Shown here piece by piece: positions 12,271 to 25,446 of a stretch of DNA of 64,000 nucleotides. The notes under the pieces are model-generated. The model made no database searches. It saw nothing but the letters and a program-made list of their open reading frames with translations, and had not been told where the DNA came from. The stretch spans positions 837,616-901,615 of the forward strand of contig NW_018408884.1 in the NCBI RefSeq assembly GCF_002113885.1, written 5' to 3'. A program made the translations under genes and the position numbers. Each line of letters begins with the position of its first letter. Position 1 is the first letter of the stretch. The DNA comes from Mizuhopecten yessoensis (taxonomy: Eukaryota).

Positions 12271-13541
12271 CAATTAATTTTGTATGCCGAGATGGAATGA
12301 TAGTGTGACTATTTTGTTCAAAGAGGAGCGCATGGAGGGCATTTTATTCGAGTCATACTTTACATGTACAGTAAGCGCATGACTTCTTCAATTAAGAGAG
12401 TAGGGTATGCATGTGTTATAAGTACTGTGCTGCACTGAAAGGGCACACATACGCACGCGGACCTACTCACATTGAGTAAACATTCTTTGTATAAAACAGA
12501 TCACAATGTGTACCAATGCATAGTCTATAATTTACCTAGACGACACTGTACTAACCTCTCTTCCAACCATGCGTCGGAAATCTGCGATATGTAGAAATTT
12601 CAAAATATTTTGAAAAACCAAGATGAACGTTGACTTGGTAGTCTTGAATTCCAGTATTCGGGAATCAAATGGAATTGAAGGCTTTCTTACAATGGACATG
12701 TTGTAAAATATTGAAAGAAATGCTTTCAATTCCGACAAGATAATTTTTTTCCAGGAACGCGCCCTTGCATTATGTCCCAAATTATTCTGGTTTGTCTGCA
12801 GATGGTGGTGTGCATACCTAAAATGTCAAAGATACTTCAGTAACTTGTCTAACACCTAACATCCAGGGAAGACAACATCATGCAATACTTATCAATAAAA
12901 CAGATATACCGATAGTTTTTTCAGGGGTCATACACATTTATCAGGTAATAACGAAACTGTTGATAAAATGATAAAATGTAAAATATAAAAATAAAAGAAT
13001 ATTTTAAACAAGAAATGCTTTCAGTCATTTTCAAAGGCTTTTTCAAGTCATATATATAATTCAAGGGTTTTTCAAGACCTGTGCGACCACTGTGTTTAAA
13101 ACAGAATTGGGTTCCTGAACTCAAACTATTTCATGATTTATGAAGATTGAAAAGTTTATGTAAACTATTACCTGTTGGTGTGCCGAATTATTTCCTTCAT
13201 CAGTGTCTCTGGAAAAAGAATCATGAAATATGAAAATGGCCGAGAATCCCCGGGAGGCATATGAAGAGGCCTAGGAGCTTCGTAAAAGCCAGGACCCCTG
13301 TCGGGTTCAGGTGGAAACATCCGCATCCATGGAACGGCCATTACTACAGGTGCTTTGCAAAACAATAATGACGTCACTTTGACTAAAGATGACGTCAAAA
13401 TTACGTACCTTTTACATCATCATTTTTCGCGTTGAAAGACGTCATGAAACCCAACGTCATAATTTTGTATGGCAATCAAGATGAGGTGGCATATGATATA
13501 GAAACATTCAACAAAATAAACAACAAACTCTATTTATATAG

Positions 13542-13719
13542 AATCGGCCCCATCGGCCCCCTGGCACTCTGAAACCTTTGTAATCGGCCCCATCGGCCCC
13601 CTGGCTCTCTGAGACCTATGTAATCGGCCCCCTGGCTCTCTGAGACCTATGTAATCGGCCCCATCGGCCCCCTGGCACTCTGAGATACATGTTATTGGCC
13701 CCCTGGCACTGAAAAGTAT
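13542..13719 (-). repeat. Subterminal repeats and degenerate 5' terminus of the piggyBac element
   Basis: Four ATCGGCCCCCTGGC(A/T)CT units, ending (minus strand) TTATACTTTTCAGTGCC, which resembles a piggyBac TTAA-CCCTTT end. Confidence 0.5.
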
Positions 13720-13859
13720 AAATTAATATAATTGATTGACATGTACTGGTATATAACTTATACTAATAAAAATCTGACACAACATAAATAATGGAATGTA
13801 AATAGGATTTAAGTCAAATGTATAATGATTTTGAATAATTCAATTGACAAATTTAACAA

Positions 13860-14555
13860 GTTTTATTTAAATTAATTGCTACTTGCAGAAGAGGGCTGGT
13901 GGTTGGGCCAATCCCTAGCGACCAAACCCTCAGACTGCATATAAAGTAACAATATAGTTAATAACAGTGTTTATGATGATATTTGAATTAAGAAGTAATA
14001 GAGTATATCGCTGATGTCTCCCTATTACCCTTTCACAAAATCACATTTTTGTTCCGATCTAAAATTTGATGTCAAATGTTGTTTGACCAGAAATTTGAAT
14101 CTGTGTAAGTTCTTGGTTGCCTTAATATTATCTGGTAATGCATTCCAGTCCTTTATTGCATTGTAAGAGAAAGATGTGGACTCTACCCCACTTATATTAT
14201 GTATATTAAAGTTGTATTGACTTGATCTTGTACACCTCTTGTTGTTCCTTTCAAAACTTTCTTTCATATAAGCTGGACATTTTTCATGAAAAAAAATAAA
14301 ACCGTGGTTTAATCTCAGTTGAGACACTCTATTACTTACATTCAACATATATAATTTTTCCAGTTCTGTAAAAGTTATTCTTTTCCTGCAATCTAAATCC
14401 AAAATAAAACGATCAACCTTGTTTTGTGTAACTTGAAGTTTGTGTTAAAGATTTTTGGAGATACCCTCGTACCAAGATGAGCAAGCATAGTCAAACTGAC
14501 ATTGGATAAGTGCCGAGCAGAGTGTTTTTCTTGATGACAGAGATAGACTTTTTCT
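13860..14555 (-). mobile_element. CR1/L2-clade LINE 3' fragment (RT C-terminus, degraded)
   Basis: Minus-strand translation LCSALIQCQFDYACSSW...KLQVTQNK..RFILDL...SFSYNAIKDWNALPDNIK, with an in-frame stop. Confidence 0.8.
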
Positions 14556-15348
14556 GGTTATTACACTGAAAGAGTGTTATAATCTTGTCACCAAATACAC
14601 AGGTGTATCGAACCACAATTATAGTTATATCTTATAACCCAAAACACAGATATATCTACCTTAGGAACAGGTATCACATTACTGAACAAGCATACATTTT
14701 AGACAATACACGCCAGGTATGTAAATGCTACGATTTATAAACACAACCTCCACTGACCTACTTTACTATCGATTTCTTTATTATCACTGTATGTCTGTCG
14801 GTAACCTCGCTCAACACGGAAGTTATTTAGTCTGTACAACAGCAGGTCTAAACAGGTAGATCTACGCATTGCTGCAGTGATGGGCGTATCCAGAGCAGAA
14901 ATTTGTTTATGTTACTAACTAGTCAGCAGCATTGTCAAATTCAGCCGAACTTTTGACTTGAAGTTTTGATCAAACTTTTACAATGTCAGCAGGAAAGTGA
15001 CAGATTTATCAGCAAAGCTAGAGGGAAGTTAATCATGTGATTGTGAATCCCAGGGCTGGAAAACCATAGACAATGTAAGTGAACCTTCTGAAGTGTGGAA
15101 CGGTAAACCTGGATTCATCATCACAGTAACCCTGTGACATCAGTGATCGTGAGGTAGTTATTCTACAGTGTTTTTACATTGCTATAAGTTTAACAAACAT
15201 ATACTACTGGATGTGACAGTTATAAGTCAAGTTTTCATTTCTTTACATAACAAACTCTTATTTGTGAGTGTTTACTGATAACAATATATTTATACAAGAA
15301 CAACAAACATCTTCAAGGCTTCAACAAATATTTCAGATTTTCATCATA

Positions 15349-16926
15349 ATGGCAACCCCTAAAAGCCAATTTCCACTCCGTATTAAAGGTCAAACGACCT
15401 GTATTCACCACAAGGGGAGACAATTGGATTTTTACTGTGAAAAGTGTCAGGAACCGGTTTGTCCAAAATGCCTTTCTTCTATTCACAAAACTCATACAGT
15501 GTGTGAGCTAAGTGAAATCATTCCCCAGAAAGAACCAGACATCAAAAACTTTATAGACAGAACAGAAAAAAATGACCTTGTACGAATTGGAAAATACATC
15601 ACCACAACTGATACGCTCCTTAAAGACAACGCCAGTACTTTTGAGAAGCTGTCACAAAAGTTAAAAATGCAAACAGATAAATTAAAACAAGAGCTGGACA
15701 TGCTTACAGCACAGACACTCTCTCTTTACCACAAAATGGAAGAGGATAATACCACGCTGATAAATAAATACAAACAGGACCTGGAGATGTACGAGAAACA
15801 ACTCAAATCACAAATTCAAGAATGCAAAGCAGCTCTCCAGCGTGGTTCACACATACAGATTTATGATACATTTTGTGAGATCCATTCTCCTACACACAGT
15901 CTCCCTGTAACACCTATCCTGGGTACTGCCAACTTCACTTCAAATGAAAAACCTCAAGATCACTTAAAAAAAGCCTTGGGAAAAGTTATCACCTCAGGTC
16001 AAGGTCAAACTTTAACTGACCAGGATCGGTCAGTCTGCGGACAACCCTCTACACAACAACAACAGTCAGGAACAAAAGTGAAGAAAGCAGTGACAACATA
16101 CAAACTACTGCCACAGACCAAGGTAGTGGAGGAGTGGAAGTCTCCACGTTACATTTATTCTATATGTCCCACCACTGATGGTCAGGTGTGGACCACGGCC
16201 AGTGACACATTAACTCTCCTGGACAGGAAGGGTAAAGTAATACAGGAGGTCAAACACAATGTCTACATCAATGACATCAGTCTGTCACCCACCACACACA
16301 CACTGTGGGTCTGTGATGATAAAAATAACATCATGGAGCTGGTATCAGGACGACTGACACACAGATTCAGTACCAAGGAGGAACCCAGGTGTATATGTGT
16401 TACAGCCAGTAACCATGTCATTGTAGGGATGTACAGACACATCTCCAAATTTACCACAGATGGTAAAATGGTGTGTACTACTATGGCTAAAGGGACTGGG
16501 AAACCATTAGTGTGTTCACCACGCAGGATCTCAGAGTGTCCTGTCACTCACAATGTGGCAGTCGTTGATTTCAGAGATGGTGGTGATGGAAACAAACATG
16601 TTGTTGTGATGGACACTGATTTCAAGGAGCTGTTTGTGTATAGAGGTGACATCCCCAGTACATATAAACCAACACCACAAACAGAAGGTAGACCATTTAA
16701 CCCCAGTGGTGGTGTGGTGTATGACTGTGTGGGGAACCTGATCATAGGGGACAGTATCAACCACAGGGTCCTACTCATCAGTGGAGGTGGTGAGTTCCTC
16801 AGGGTCATACACACAGACACAGACTGTGCAGTGGCTGTAGGTATAGACAGGGAGGATGTCCTGTGGGCAGTGTTTGGGTCATGGCTTGTTAGCACAGTCA
16901 AACTACTACAGTACAGCAGTGTGTGA
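15349..16926 (+). CDS. B-box/coiled-coil/NHL beta-propeller protein (RING-less TRIM2/TRIM71-like, mollusc-expanded type), 525 aa, single coding exon
   Basis: B-box CIHH..FYCEKCQEPVCPKCLSSIHKTH, a coiled coil, and NHL-like repeats (FNPSGGVVYDCVGNLIIGDSINHRVLLI). The ATG at 15349 follows a TTTCAG acceptor; the ORF-track GTG start is upstream of that acceptor. Confidence 0.88.
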   Translation: MATPKSQFPLRIKGQTTCIHHKGRQLDFYCEKCQEPVCPKCLSSIHKTHTVCELSEIIPQKEPDIKNFIDRTEKNDLVRIGKYITTTDTLLKDNASTFEKLSQKLKMQTDKLKQELDMLTAQTLSLYHKMEEDNTTLINKYKQDLEMYEKQLKSQIQECKAALQRGSHIQIYDTFCEIHSPTHSLPVTPILGTANFTSNEKPQDHLKKALGKVITSGQGQTLTDQDRSVCGQPSTQQQQSGTKVKKAVTTYKLLPQTKVVEEWKSPRYIYSICPTTDGQVWTTASDTLTLLDRKGKVIQEVKHNVYINDISLSPTTHTLWVCDDKNNIMELVSGRLTHRFSTKEEPRCICVTASNHVIVGMYRHISKFTTDGKMVCTTMAKGTGKPLVCSPRRISECPVTHNVAVVDFRDGGDGNKHVVVMDTDFKELFVYRGDIPSTYKPTPQTEGRPFNPSGGVVYDCVGNLIIGDSINHRVLLISGGGEFLRVIHTDTDCAVAVGIDREDVLWAVFGSWLVSTVKLLQYSSV

Positions 16927-17024
16927 CACCTGTAACCAAACAACTAGTATATCTAGTTATCATGACAATGACATGGGAATCAGAGACAAAGGAAACTTAT
17001 CATGATTACAAATCAACTAACGAT

Positions 17025-17387
17025 GTGTGACATTCACAGGAATATAAGTAAAATGTCTAGACTACAAGATTGTATGACACTCACAGGATTATAAGTAAAA
17101 TGTCTAGACTACAGATCGTGAGACATTCACAGGATTATAAGTAAAATGTCTAGACTACAGATTAAGACATTCACAGGATTATAAGTAAAATGTCTAGACT
17201 GCAGATTGTGTTACATTCACAGGATTATAAGTAAAATGTCTAGACTACAGATTATGAGACATTTACAGGATTATAAGTAAAATTCTAGACTACAGATTGT
17301 GTTACATTCACAGGATTATAAGTAAAATGTCTAGACTACAGATTATGAGACATTCACAGGATTATAAGTAAAAGGTCTAGACTCCAG
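17025..17387. repeat. Minisatellite, ~43-bp unit, ~8 copies
   Basis: GACATTCACAGGATTATAAGTAAAATGTCTAGACTACAGATT repeated. Confidence 0.9.
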
Positions 17388-17578
17388 GATGCAAATAATT
17401 ATCGATTAGGCTCCGTTTTCCATTGAACAGGTAACAAAACAATTGTTTCTTGCATTATCAATCAACAGTCAAAACTATAGGGTATTAGGACAAACCCAAA
17501 TAAATGTTTCTCTGAGGCCAAACCAAACATTTTGAGTCGTACAATCACTCACATTTTGATTATAGGGAAGTAATATTG

Positions 17579-17665
17579 GAGGCACGGTAGTCCAGTGGTT
17601 GGACGCCGGGCTCATGACCGAAGGGTTGCGGGTTCGCGCCACGGCACGGCAATGTGTTGTATCTT
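17579..17665 (+). mobile_element. tRNA-derived SINE head fragment
   Basis: A-box GGTAGTCCAGTGG and B-box GGGTTCG; matches the head of the SINE at 56575. Confidence 0.65.
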
Positions 17666-18587
17666 AATAAATTGAAGGAAAATCACAGAATAATTATTAA
17701 GGAAAAAAGGAAAAGGGACCTTAAAATATTTTGGCAAGGTGGCAAATAAATGGAGTGGCATTATATCTAGGTTTTACTGTACATAACTTCTGGAGACAAT
17801 ACATATATACAGGGTCCTACTCATCAGTGGAGGTGGTGAGTTCCTCAGGGTCATACACACAGACACAGTATATATATATATAATTATTCAATTGTTTGGT
17901 GGGTTGTAATTAGGGTGGAATTATTTTCTCTGTGTTATACGGCGCCAAAAGGGGGCGTGATGGTCTGAGATTTACACATGCAAATCCCTATCGCGTCATT
18001 TACAATGTAAGTGACACAGTTAGCGGCAGGCAGACGTGAAATTTAATTTTTACTTAAAGAAATCGGGGCTGTTTTTTGGTTAAAGTGGAATTCAAATAAT
18101 CATATTAATTTTGTATTTGATATCCTGTTATGAGAAATCAGGGATGTGGGGAGTAATCTGGATCAATTTTAAAGTAAATCTAATGATTAAATACAATCCT
18201 TTGTAGGTGCCTACATGCTTTATGTCCATAACACGTATTGTTGTGTCTGAAAATGATTAGTTTGTTTAATAAATCAGTCGCAGTGCCTCTTTGTCAGTGA
18301 AATACATTTCTGTATATTGTGTTGTTTATCCTGTTGGATAATTAAATAGAGAAGTATCGAGAGCTGAACCCTTGGATTACAAAGACACAAGGGTTTTGAA
18401 GATGGAAGTCACAACGCAGCAAAGCAGACCATCTACAGAAATCCTCTGCATTATGATCATTTATAAACTACCCTGTCATTACACTGAGAAAACAAAAATG
18501 ATTTCCAGGAAGTATGTACCAGGCTCGGGAAAGATCAGAATATTTGATATGATTAATTCTTGAAATTGGACAACGGATACGAATTGT

Positions 18588-19926
18588 CAACAAAAGGCCC
18601 AGAGGGCCTGTATCACTCACCTGAATATAGATTTAAAGGTTATACCTCTATTTCTCCTATCGGGCCCCACCCCTCTTCATCTAGGAGGGCCACACCCACA
18701 GTTTATACAAAATTGAGTCACCTTGGCCCAAGGATGCTCGACTAAATTAGAATAAAATCCCTTAATCCCTATGGTAAAGAGATTTTAAAGGTTTTACCTT
18801 TATTTCGCCTATTGGGCCCTGCCCTTCTGCCCCCTGGGGGACCACACCCACTGCTTATACAAAATTGAGTCCCCTTGGCCTAAGGATACTTCAGACTAAA
18901 TAAGGATAAAATCCTTTAATCCCTATGGTAAAGAGATTTTAAAGGTTTTACCTCTATTTCCCCTATTGGGCCCCGCCTCTCTGCCTCCAGGAGGGTCAGA
19001 CACACCGTTTATAAAAAAACTGGTTCCCCTTCACCCAAGTGTGCTTCATACCAAATTTGGACAAAATCCTGTCATTCCTACAGAAGAAGAAGGATTTTGA
19101 AGAATTTGCTATGTTTCCCCTATTGGGCCCCTTCCTTCTGCCCCCAGGGGGGCCACACTCGCTGTTTAAACAAAATTTACTCCTTTTTGCCCAAGGATGC
19201 TCCAGACTAAATTAGGATAAAATCCCTTAATCCCTATGGTAGAAGAGATTATAAAGGTTTTACCTCTATTTCCCCTATTGGACCCTGCCCCTCAGGTCCC
19301 AGGGGGGCCACACCCAACGTTTAAACAAAATTGGTTCCTCTTTACCCAAGAATGCTCCACACCAAATATGGACCAAATCCTTTCATTCCTACAGATGAAG
19401 AAGGATTTTAAAGAATAATTTGCTATGTTTCCCCTATTGGGCCCCACCCCTCAGGCCCCTGGGAGGCCAGACCCACCATTTATACAAAATTGGTTCCCCT
19501 TTCTCCCAAGAATCCTTCAGACCAAATCCTTTCATTCCTACAGAAGAAGAAGGATTTTAAAGAATAATTTGCTATGTTTCCCCTATTGGGCCCCTCCACT
19601 CAGGCCCCTGGGGGGCCAGACCCTCGGTGTATACAAAATTGGTTCCCCTTTACCCAAGGATGCTTTAGACCAAATATGGAACAAATCCTTTCATTCCTAC
19701 AGAAGAAGAAGGATTTTAAAGAATTTGCTATATTTCCCTTACTGGGCCCGGCCCCTCAGCCCCCAGGGGGAACAGACCCACGGTGTATACAAAGTTGGTT
19801 CCCCTTCCTCCAAGGATGCTTCTGACTAAATTTGGTCAAAATCTGCTCAGTTATTCATGATTAGTAGCGATTTTTAGGAAAAGTTGACAGACGGACGACA
19901 GACGCTGCGGTATGGCATAAGCTAAA
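18588..19926 (+). mobile_element. HINE-like element with internal satellite-like repeats
   Basis: 5' AACAAAAGGCCC...CTCACCTG, about 9 internal units, GACGGACGAC microsatellite and GGCATAAGCT end. Confidence 0.72.
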
Positions 19927-21039
19927 ACTGTTGATTCAACATTGTGTAAAGGTCAACTGATTGACAGAACAGTGTAGATGAGATTATGTTGAGCAACAAT
20001 CGTAAAACATATCACAAGACCGACCTGGATGTACGAGTCTAGAAATAGTTCAAGGTCAGTTTGTGAATTGAACAAGAATGCCATGGAATCGAAGATGGTG
20101 TGTCACCTGCCGCCCCCCCCCACCCCCACCCCCTGCTAATTTTCAGATTTGTGTCAAAATCAAACTTGAGTGATAATTGATACAATAGACATGTGTCGGT
20201 TGTTGCATAAATATCAAAGCATTACTTCATATGTTATCGCACAAAAGCCATGTAACTTTTGAGAGAAAAAAAAAATCAAATTGGCTATTGAGGCCATGTT
20301 GATTTCATAACTGGTTCAAAATCAACTTGAGTGGATAATTGATACCATAGTTAGGTGTGGAAAATTTTATGAAAACAAAAACAATTCTGCAAAGGTTATT
20401 GCATGGAAACCACTTCAAATGGCCACTGGTGGTATTATTGAATTTCAAAATCAATCTGTTCTTTTATAGTTATCAAATAGAAACCACCTCAGGCCATACT
20501 GAACGTCAGGTCTGTGTCAAAAACAAACCTGTGCAAGCTCTTGTAGAATTTTTCATGAAAATTAAATCAATCTTTTTAGAGTTATCACACACCTCAGTTG
20601 TTGAAATCGAAATCCAAGATGGCCACCGGCAGCTATATTTAATTTCAGACCAGTCTAGAGGTCGAATTTATGCATGGATTAATGCTATAATTATTTTTTG
20701 GGAAGTTTCATGAAAATCAAAGTACTCCTTTGAGAGTTATTGCCCAGAAAACTTCATGCAGATAATCCATTGGGCGATGCCAACACTGATGGATCAATAC
20801 CTATAGGTCACGTTCACAGGCGAAAAAATACAAAGAGCACAAAACAATCTTCAGTATTCTGTAAAATAGAACAAGAACACCATCGGTTTATGTTGAAATA
20901 CTTCATTTCTCTTTAAAAGGTAAAATATAATTTAAAGCACAATTAATTGCATCGGAAAAACAACATACTTTTCTGTTATAACTACATATATACAAGTGAC
21001 AAAGGTCACATATCAAGACATGTTTCATACTGACAAAAG

Positions 21040-23150
21040 TCACACACACATCTCAACCGTGTACACAGGTCTGGTCACACACACTCCTCAACCATGTACA
21101 CGGGTCTGGTCACACACACTCCTCAACCGTGTACACGGGTCTGGTCACACACATTCCTCAACCGTGTACACGGGTCTGGTCACACACACTCCTCAACCGT
21201 GTACACAGGTCTGGTCACACACACTCCTCAACCGTGTACACAGGTCTGGTCACACACACTCCTCAACCGTGTACACAGGTCTGGTCACACACACTCCTCA
21301 ACCGTGTACACAGGTCTGGTCACACACACTCCTCAACCGTGTACACAGGTCTGGTCACACACACTCCTCAACCGTGTACACAGGTCTGGTCACACACACT
21401 CCTCAACCGTGTACACAGGTCTGGTCACACACACTCCTCAACCGTGTACACAGGTCTGGTCACACACACTCCTCAACCGTGTACACAGGTCTGGTCACAC
21501 ACACTCCTCAACCGTGTACACAGGTCTGGTCACACACACTCCTCAACCGTGTACACAGGTCTGGTCACACACACTCCTCAACCGTGTACACAGGTCTGGT
21601 CACACACACTCCTCAACCGTGTACACAGGTCTGGTCACACACACTCCTCAACCGTGTACACAGGTCTGGTCACACACACTCCTCAACCGTGTACACAGGT
21701 CTGGTCACACACACTCCTCAACCGTGTACACAGGTCTGGTCACACACACTCCTCAACCGTGTACACAGGTCTGGTCACACACACTCCTCAACCGTGTACA
21801 CAGGTCTGGTCACACACACTCCTCAACCGTGTACACAGGTCTGGTCACACACATTCCTCAACCGTGTACACAGGTCTGGTCACACACACTCCTCAACCGT
21901 GTACACAGGTCTGGTCACACACACTCCTCAACCGTGTACACAGGTCTGGTCACACACACTCCTCAACCGTGTACACAGGTCTGGTCACACACACTCCTCA
22001 ACCGTGTACACAGGTCTGGTCACACACACTCCTCAACCGTGTACACAGGTCTGGTCACACACACTCCTCAACCGTGTACACAGGTCTGGTCACACACACT
22101 CCTCAACCGTGTACACAGGTCTGGTCACACACACTCCTCAACCGTGTACACAGGTCTGGTCACACACACTCCTCAACCGTGTACACAGGTCTGGTCACAC
22201 ACACTCCTCAACCGTGTACACAGGTCTGGTCACACACACTCCTCAACCGTGTACACAGGTCTGGTCACACACACTCCTCAACCGTGTACACAGGTCTGGT
22301 CACACACACTCCTCAACCGTGTACACAGGTCTGGTCACACACACTCCTCAACCGTGTACACAGGTCTGGTCACACACACTCCTCAACCGTGTACACAGGT
22401 CTGGTCACACACACTCCTCAACCGTGTACACAGGTCTGGTCACACACACTCCTCAACCGTGTACACAGGTCTGGTCACACACACTCCTCAACCGTGTACA
22501 CAGGTCTGGTCACACACACTCCTCAACCGTGTACACAGGTCTGGTCACACACATTCCTCAACCGTGTACACAGGTCTGGTCACACACATTCCTCAACCAT
22601 GTACACAGGTCTGGTCACACACACTCCTCAACCGTGTACACAGGTCTGGTCACACACACTCCTCAACCATGTACACAGGTCTGGTCACACACACTCCTCA
22701 ACCGTGTACACAGGTCTGGTCACACACACTCCTCAACCATGTACACAGGTCTGGTCACACACACTCCTCAACCGTGTACACAGGTCTGGTCACACACACT
22801 CCTCAACCATGTACACAGGTCTGGTCACACACACTCCTCAACCGTGTACACAGGTCTGGTCACACACACTCCTCAACCATGTACACAGGTCTGGTCACAC
22901 ACACTCCTCAACCGTGTACACAGGTCTGGTCACACACACTCCTCAACCATGTACACAGGTCTGGTCACACACATTCCTCAACCGTGTACACAGGTCTGGT
23001 CACACACATTCCTCAACCATGTACACATGTCTGGTCACACACACTCCTCAACCGTGTACACAGGTCTAGTCACACACATTCCTCAACAGTGTACACGGGT
23101 CTGGTCACACATATTTCTTAACCGTGTACACAGGTCTGGTCACACACATT
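21040..23150. repeat. Minisatellite, 35-bp unit, ~60 near-identical copies
   Basis: GGTCTGGTCACACACACTCCTCAACCGTGTACACA repeated. Confidence 0.98.
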
Positions 23151-24747
23151 TCAAACCAAGGCAGACGCAATGTTATCAAGTTCAGCAAGTTTACATCTCA
23201 TTTCATCTTAAAAGACAAATTAGCATACCATTTCTTTTAAAAATAAACAGGGGAATCTAAGGACTCCACAAGACAGATGTGTCCGGTATCTGAACCACTG
23301 TTGATCAGGAGCCGCATCTAGGAAGTGATACACTGAAACATGTTATAAAAGTTCCATATCCAGTAGTCCAGAAAAAGCACTACAACAAAGTACCTCCCTA
23401 AGCACTGCTCTGTTTTAACCTGTACAGATGTTATTACCTGTACAAACTTGTAGGGTTGAGTGTGGTAAGGGCATATCTCTATATTGATGTAAGGAGGAGA
23501 GATACAACCACACTCCACTCAACTCTCAATACATGGGTGTGTGGCATATCTTATTGCTGTGTAAAGGATCTTTTTGTCATTTAACTTCTGTCCTTCAACA
23601 AAAGTGTGAATTCAACACGAGATGAAAGTATCCTTTCTGTACCCACCACAGCGCCCAAGAGACTACCCCTGTTGAGACCTGGCCCTGGGATCAACACGAA
23701 ATGAAAGTATCATTTCTGTACCCACCACAGGGCCCAAGAGACTACCCCTGTTCAGACCTAGCCCCGGGATCATGAAACAATCTAAGACCTTAGTTTTTGC
23801 TTAGTCAATCACGCGTGACGTTACTTTTATGACGTTATCTGTGATTGGTCAAGACAAAACTTAAGACAATTTGAGACAATTTGGGCCTGTAGTAAGAGGC
23901 CACTGGTAGTGAATTTCACCGTTATATGAACCTGTATTAAGGATCCCTGTTCCACTGCTGACAAAACACTAGAGAGTTCCACTGTAGTTTTTCGAGCATA
24001 CCTCCTTAATTAAATTTAGGGGACACGATGAGCCAGGTTACTACCGTCGACCAGGTAGCTCTGTTGGTAGTTAGAGCTACAGTATGATAATCTGAGGTTG
24101 GAATCTCAGTCTAGCTCAGTTGCATTCTTACACTAGAAACACATTTCTTGATTTCAGTATTTCATCTTCATTTTGTTCCTTAAAAAGATCCACAAAGTAT
24201 GGTTTTCTATTCAGAAATGCTGGAAAGAAAGTTCCAACTCATAGCTACAGTTTTGGGCCGTGGTATGCGGGTCCCTAAGTCACTTTATGGACCTGCTTAA
24301 GGTGGTTTCAAAATACAAGGTTTAACTGTACTGGTAAGTAAACAGGCAAAGTCAACACTTTACAAACTTGTTTTTAATATGTAAGTACTACATAACAGCT
24401 TTGAAAATTGGGTAAACACTTGGTTTTTGATTATTATCCTTTCGTCAGTCTGGGTATGTAGGAATGAAAATAACTATGTAACTGAAAAAATGTCATATTT
24501 AACTATTGACATTACTGGAGATTATTTCGGGGTTTTTTAAGATGGTCAGTCTCTTGTAACAGCACACTTGTAAAGTGTAGTGATGACTCAGTGATGATTA
24601 GTAATTCTTTTGAAATTGTTAACTTTAGTTTAAAGCTTCATAGATTAATTCTAGAGGAGTGAGTTACTTATTTATCCATGCTAATCAATGAGGTGTGACA
24701 GTCATTGATATAGATAAAAAGTAGTTTAACTGAAATACTGATTATGG

Positions 24748-25012
24748 AGGCAAGATACTTTATTCCGCTTGTTCCAGTCTACTCAGCTGTAAATGAGTAT
24801 GTGGTTGGGTAGTGTGCTAGAATTGTGGAATGCAAGCTGTGAGCGCCGAAATGGCAGCACCGGCTGTATACTCCCCAGGGTGTTGAGAAAGATATTGGCT
24901 GGTTGCAAAGGCCCTATAACCACAGATAATAATTTGTGAACCGCTTTGAGATGACCTACGAACTGGGTTGTGATAAAGCGGTATATAAGAACCTCAAATT
25001 ATTATTATTATA
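24748..25012 (+). mobile_element. 5'-truncated SINE (CORE-like body, LINE-like tail)
   Basis: Near-identical to 56715-56968; ends AAAGCGGTATATAA...ATTATTATT. Confidence 0.8.
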
Positions 25013-25446
25013 ATCATGTTTAGAAATGTACTATCATAACTTGTAATTTTCTGCATAATTTCCTGATACATACATTTATACATTCTGTCTCTCCTTCTCA
25101 CACGTCCGGACACTGGACACAACACTCCTCTCCACTTTTTCTTTCACACATTTGTTCCTCTATTCACACACAGAAACACAAACTTTTACACCAATACTAC
25201 TTCACACCAAATTATCTCCGTTGATCACCATACAGGTTATATTTGCCTGCTTTCATCCAAAGATTCATTCTCCTTAATATTTCTGACAACACTTTCTATT
25301 ACGCTTAAAGTTTTGATAGCTTGCCTATCAAATGTTCACATGACTCGCCCACCGTGTTACGTATAAACACATACTGTAAGATTTCCTTTGGTAACAATGA
25401 TGTCGTTAACCAATATAAACATAAACTATCAGTAACCTTCTAACTC

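Larger units (their letters stand above)
5713..13398 (-). pseudogene. Intron-containing piggyBac (PGBD-like) transposase remnant; exons about 13398-13171, 12817-12556 and 6112-5713; interrupted by the Gypsy element, C-terminal exons not found
   Basis: Motifs FPETLMKEIIRHTNR-YAH, SWK..ELKAFLSIFYNMSIVRKPSI, RFRPLLNFVN, CVDESLVRTKGHSVMRQYIPSKAAKYGIKFW and YHVFADSFFTS (first two catalytic Asp), with GT-AG boundaries at each break. Confidence 0.8.

Noticed and set aside
12432-12443. GCACTGAAAGGG resembling a piggyBac terminus
   Set aside because: No adjacent TTAA, it has the same orientation as the 13710 end, and it lies inside an intron.
15268-15348. N-terminal extension of the TRIM-like ORF from the ORF track
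   Set aside because: It starts at GTG upstream of a TTTCAG acceptor and is likely intron/UTR; the ATG at 15349 is preferred.
19236-19829. Pro-rich ORFs in HINE repeats (also 3283-3707)
   Set aside because: Chance frames in GC-rich satellite-like units of a non-autonomous element.
20996-23260. Three long overlapping ORFs (646-754 aa)
   Set aside because: Artefact of a stop-free 35-bp tandem unit; no domain, splice or codon evidence for a gene.
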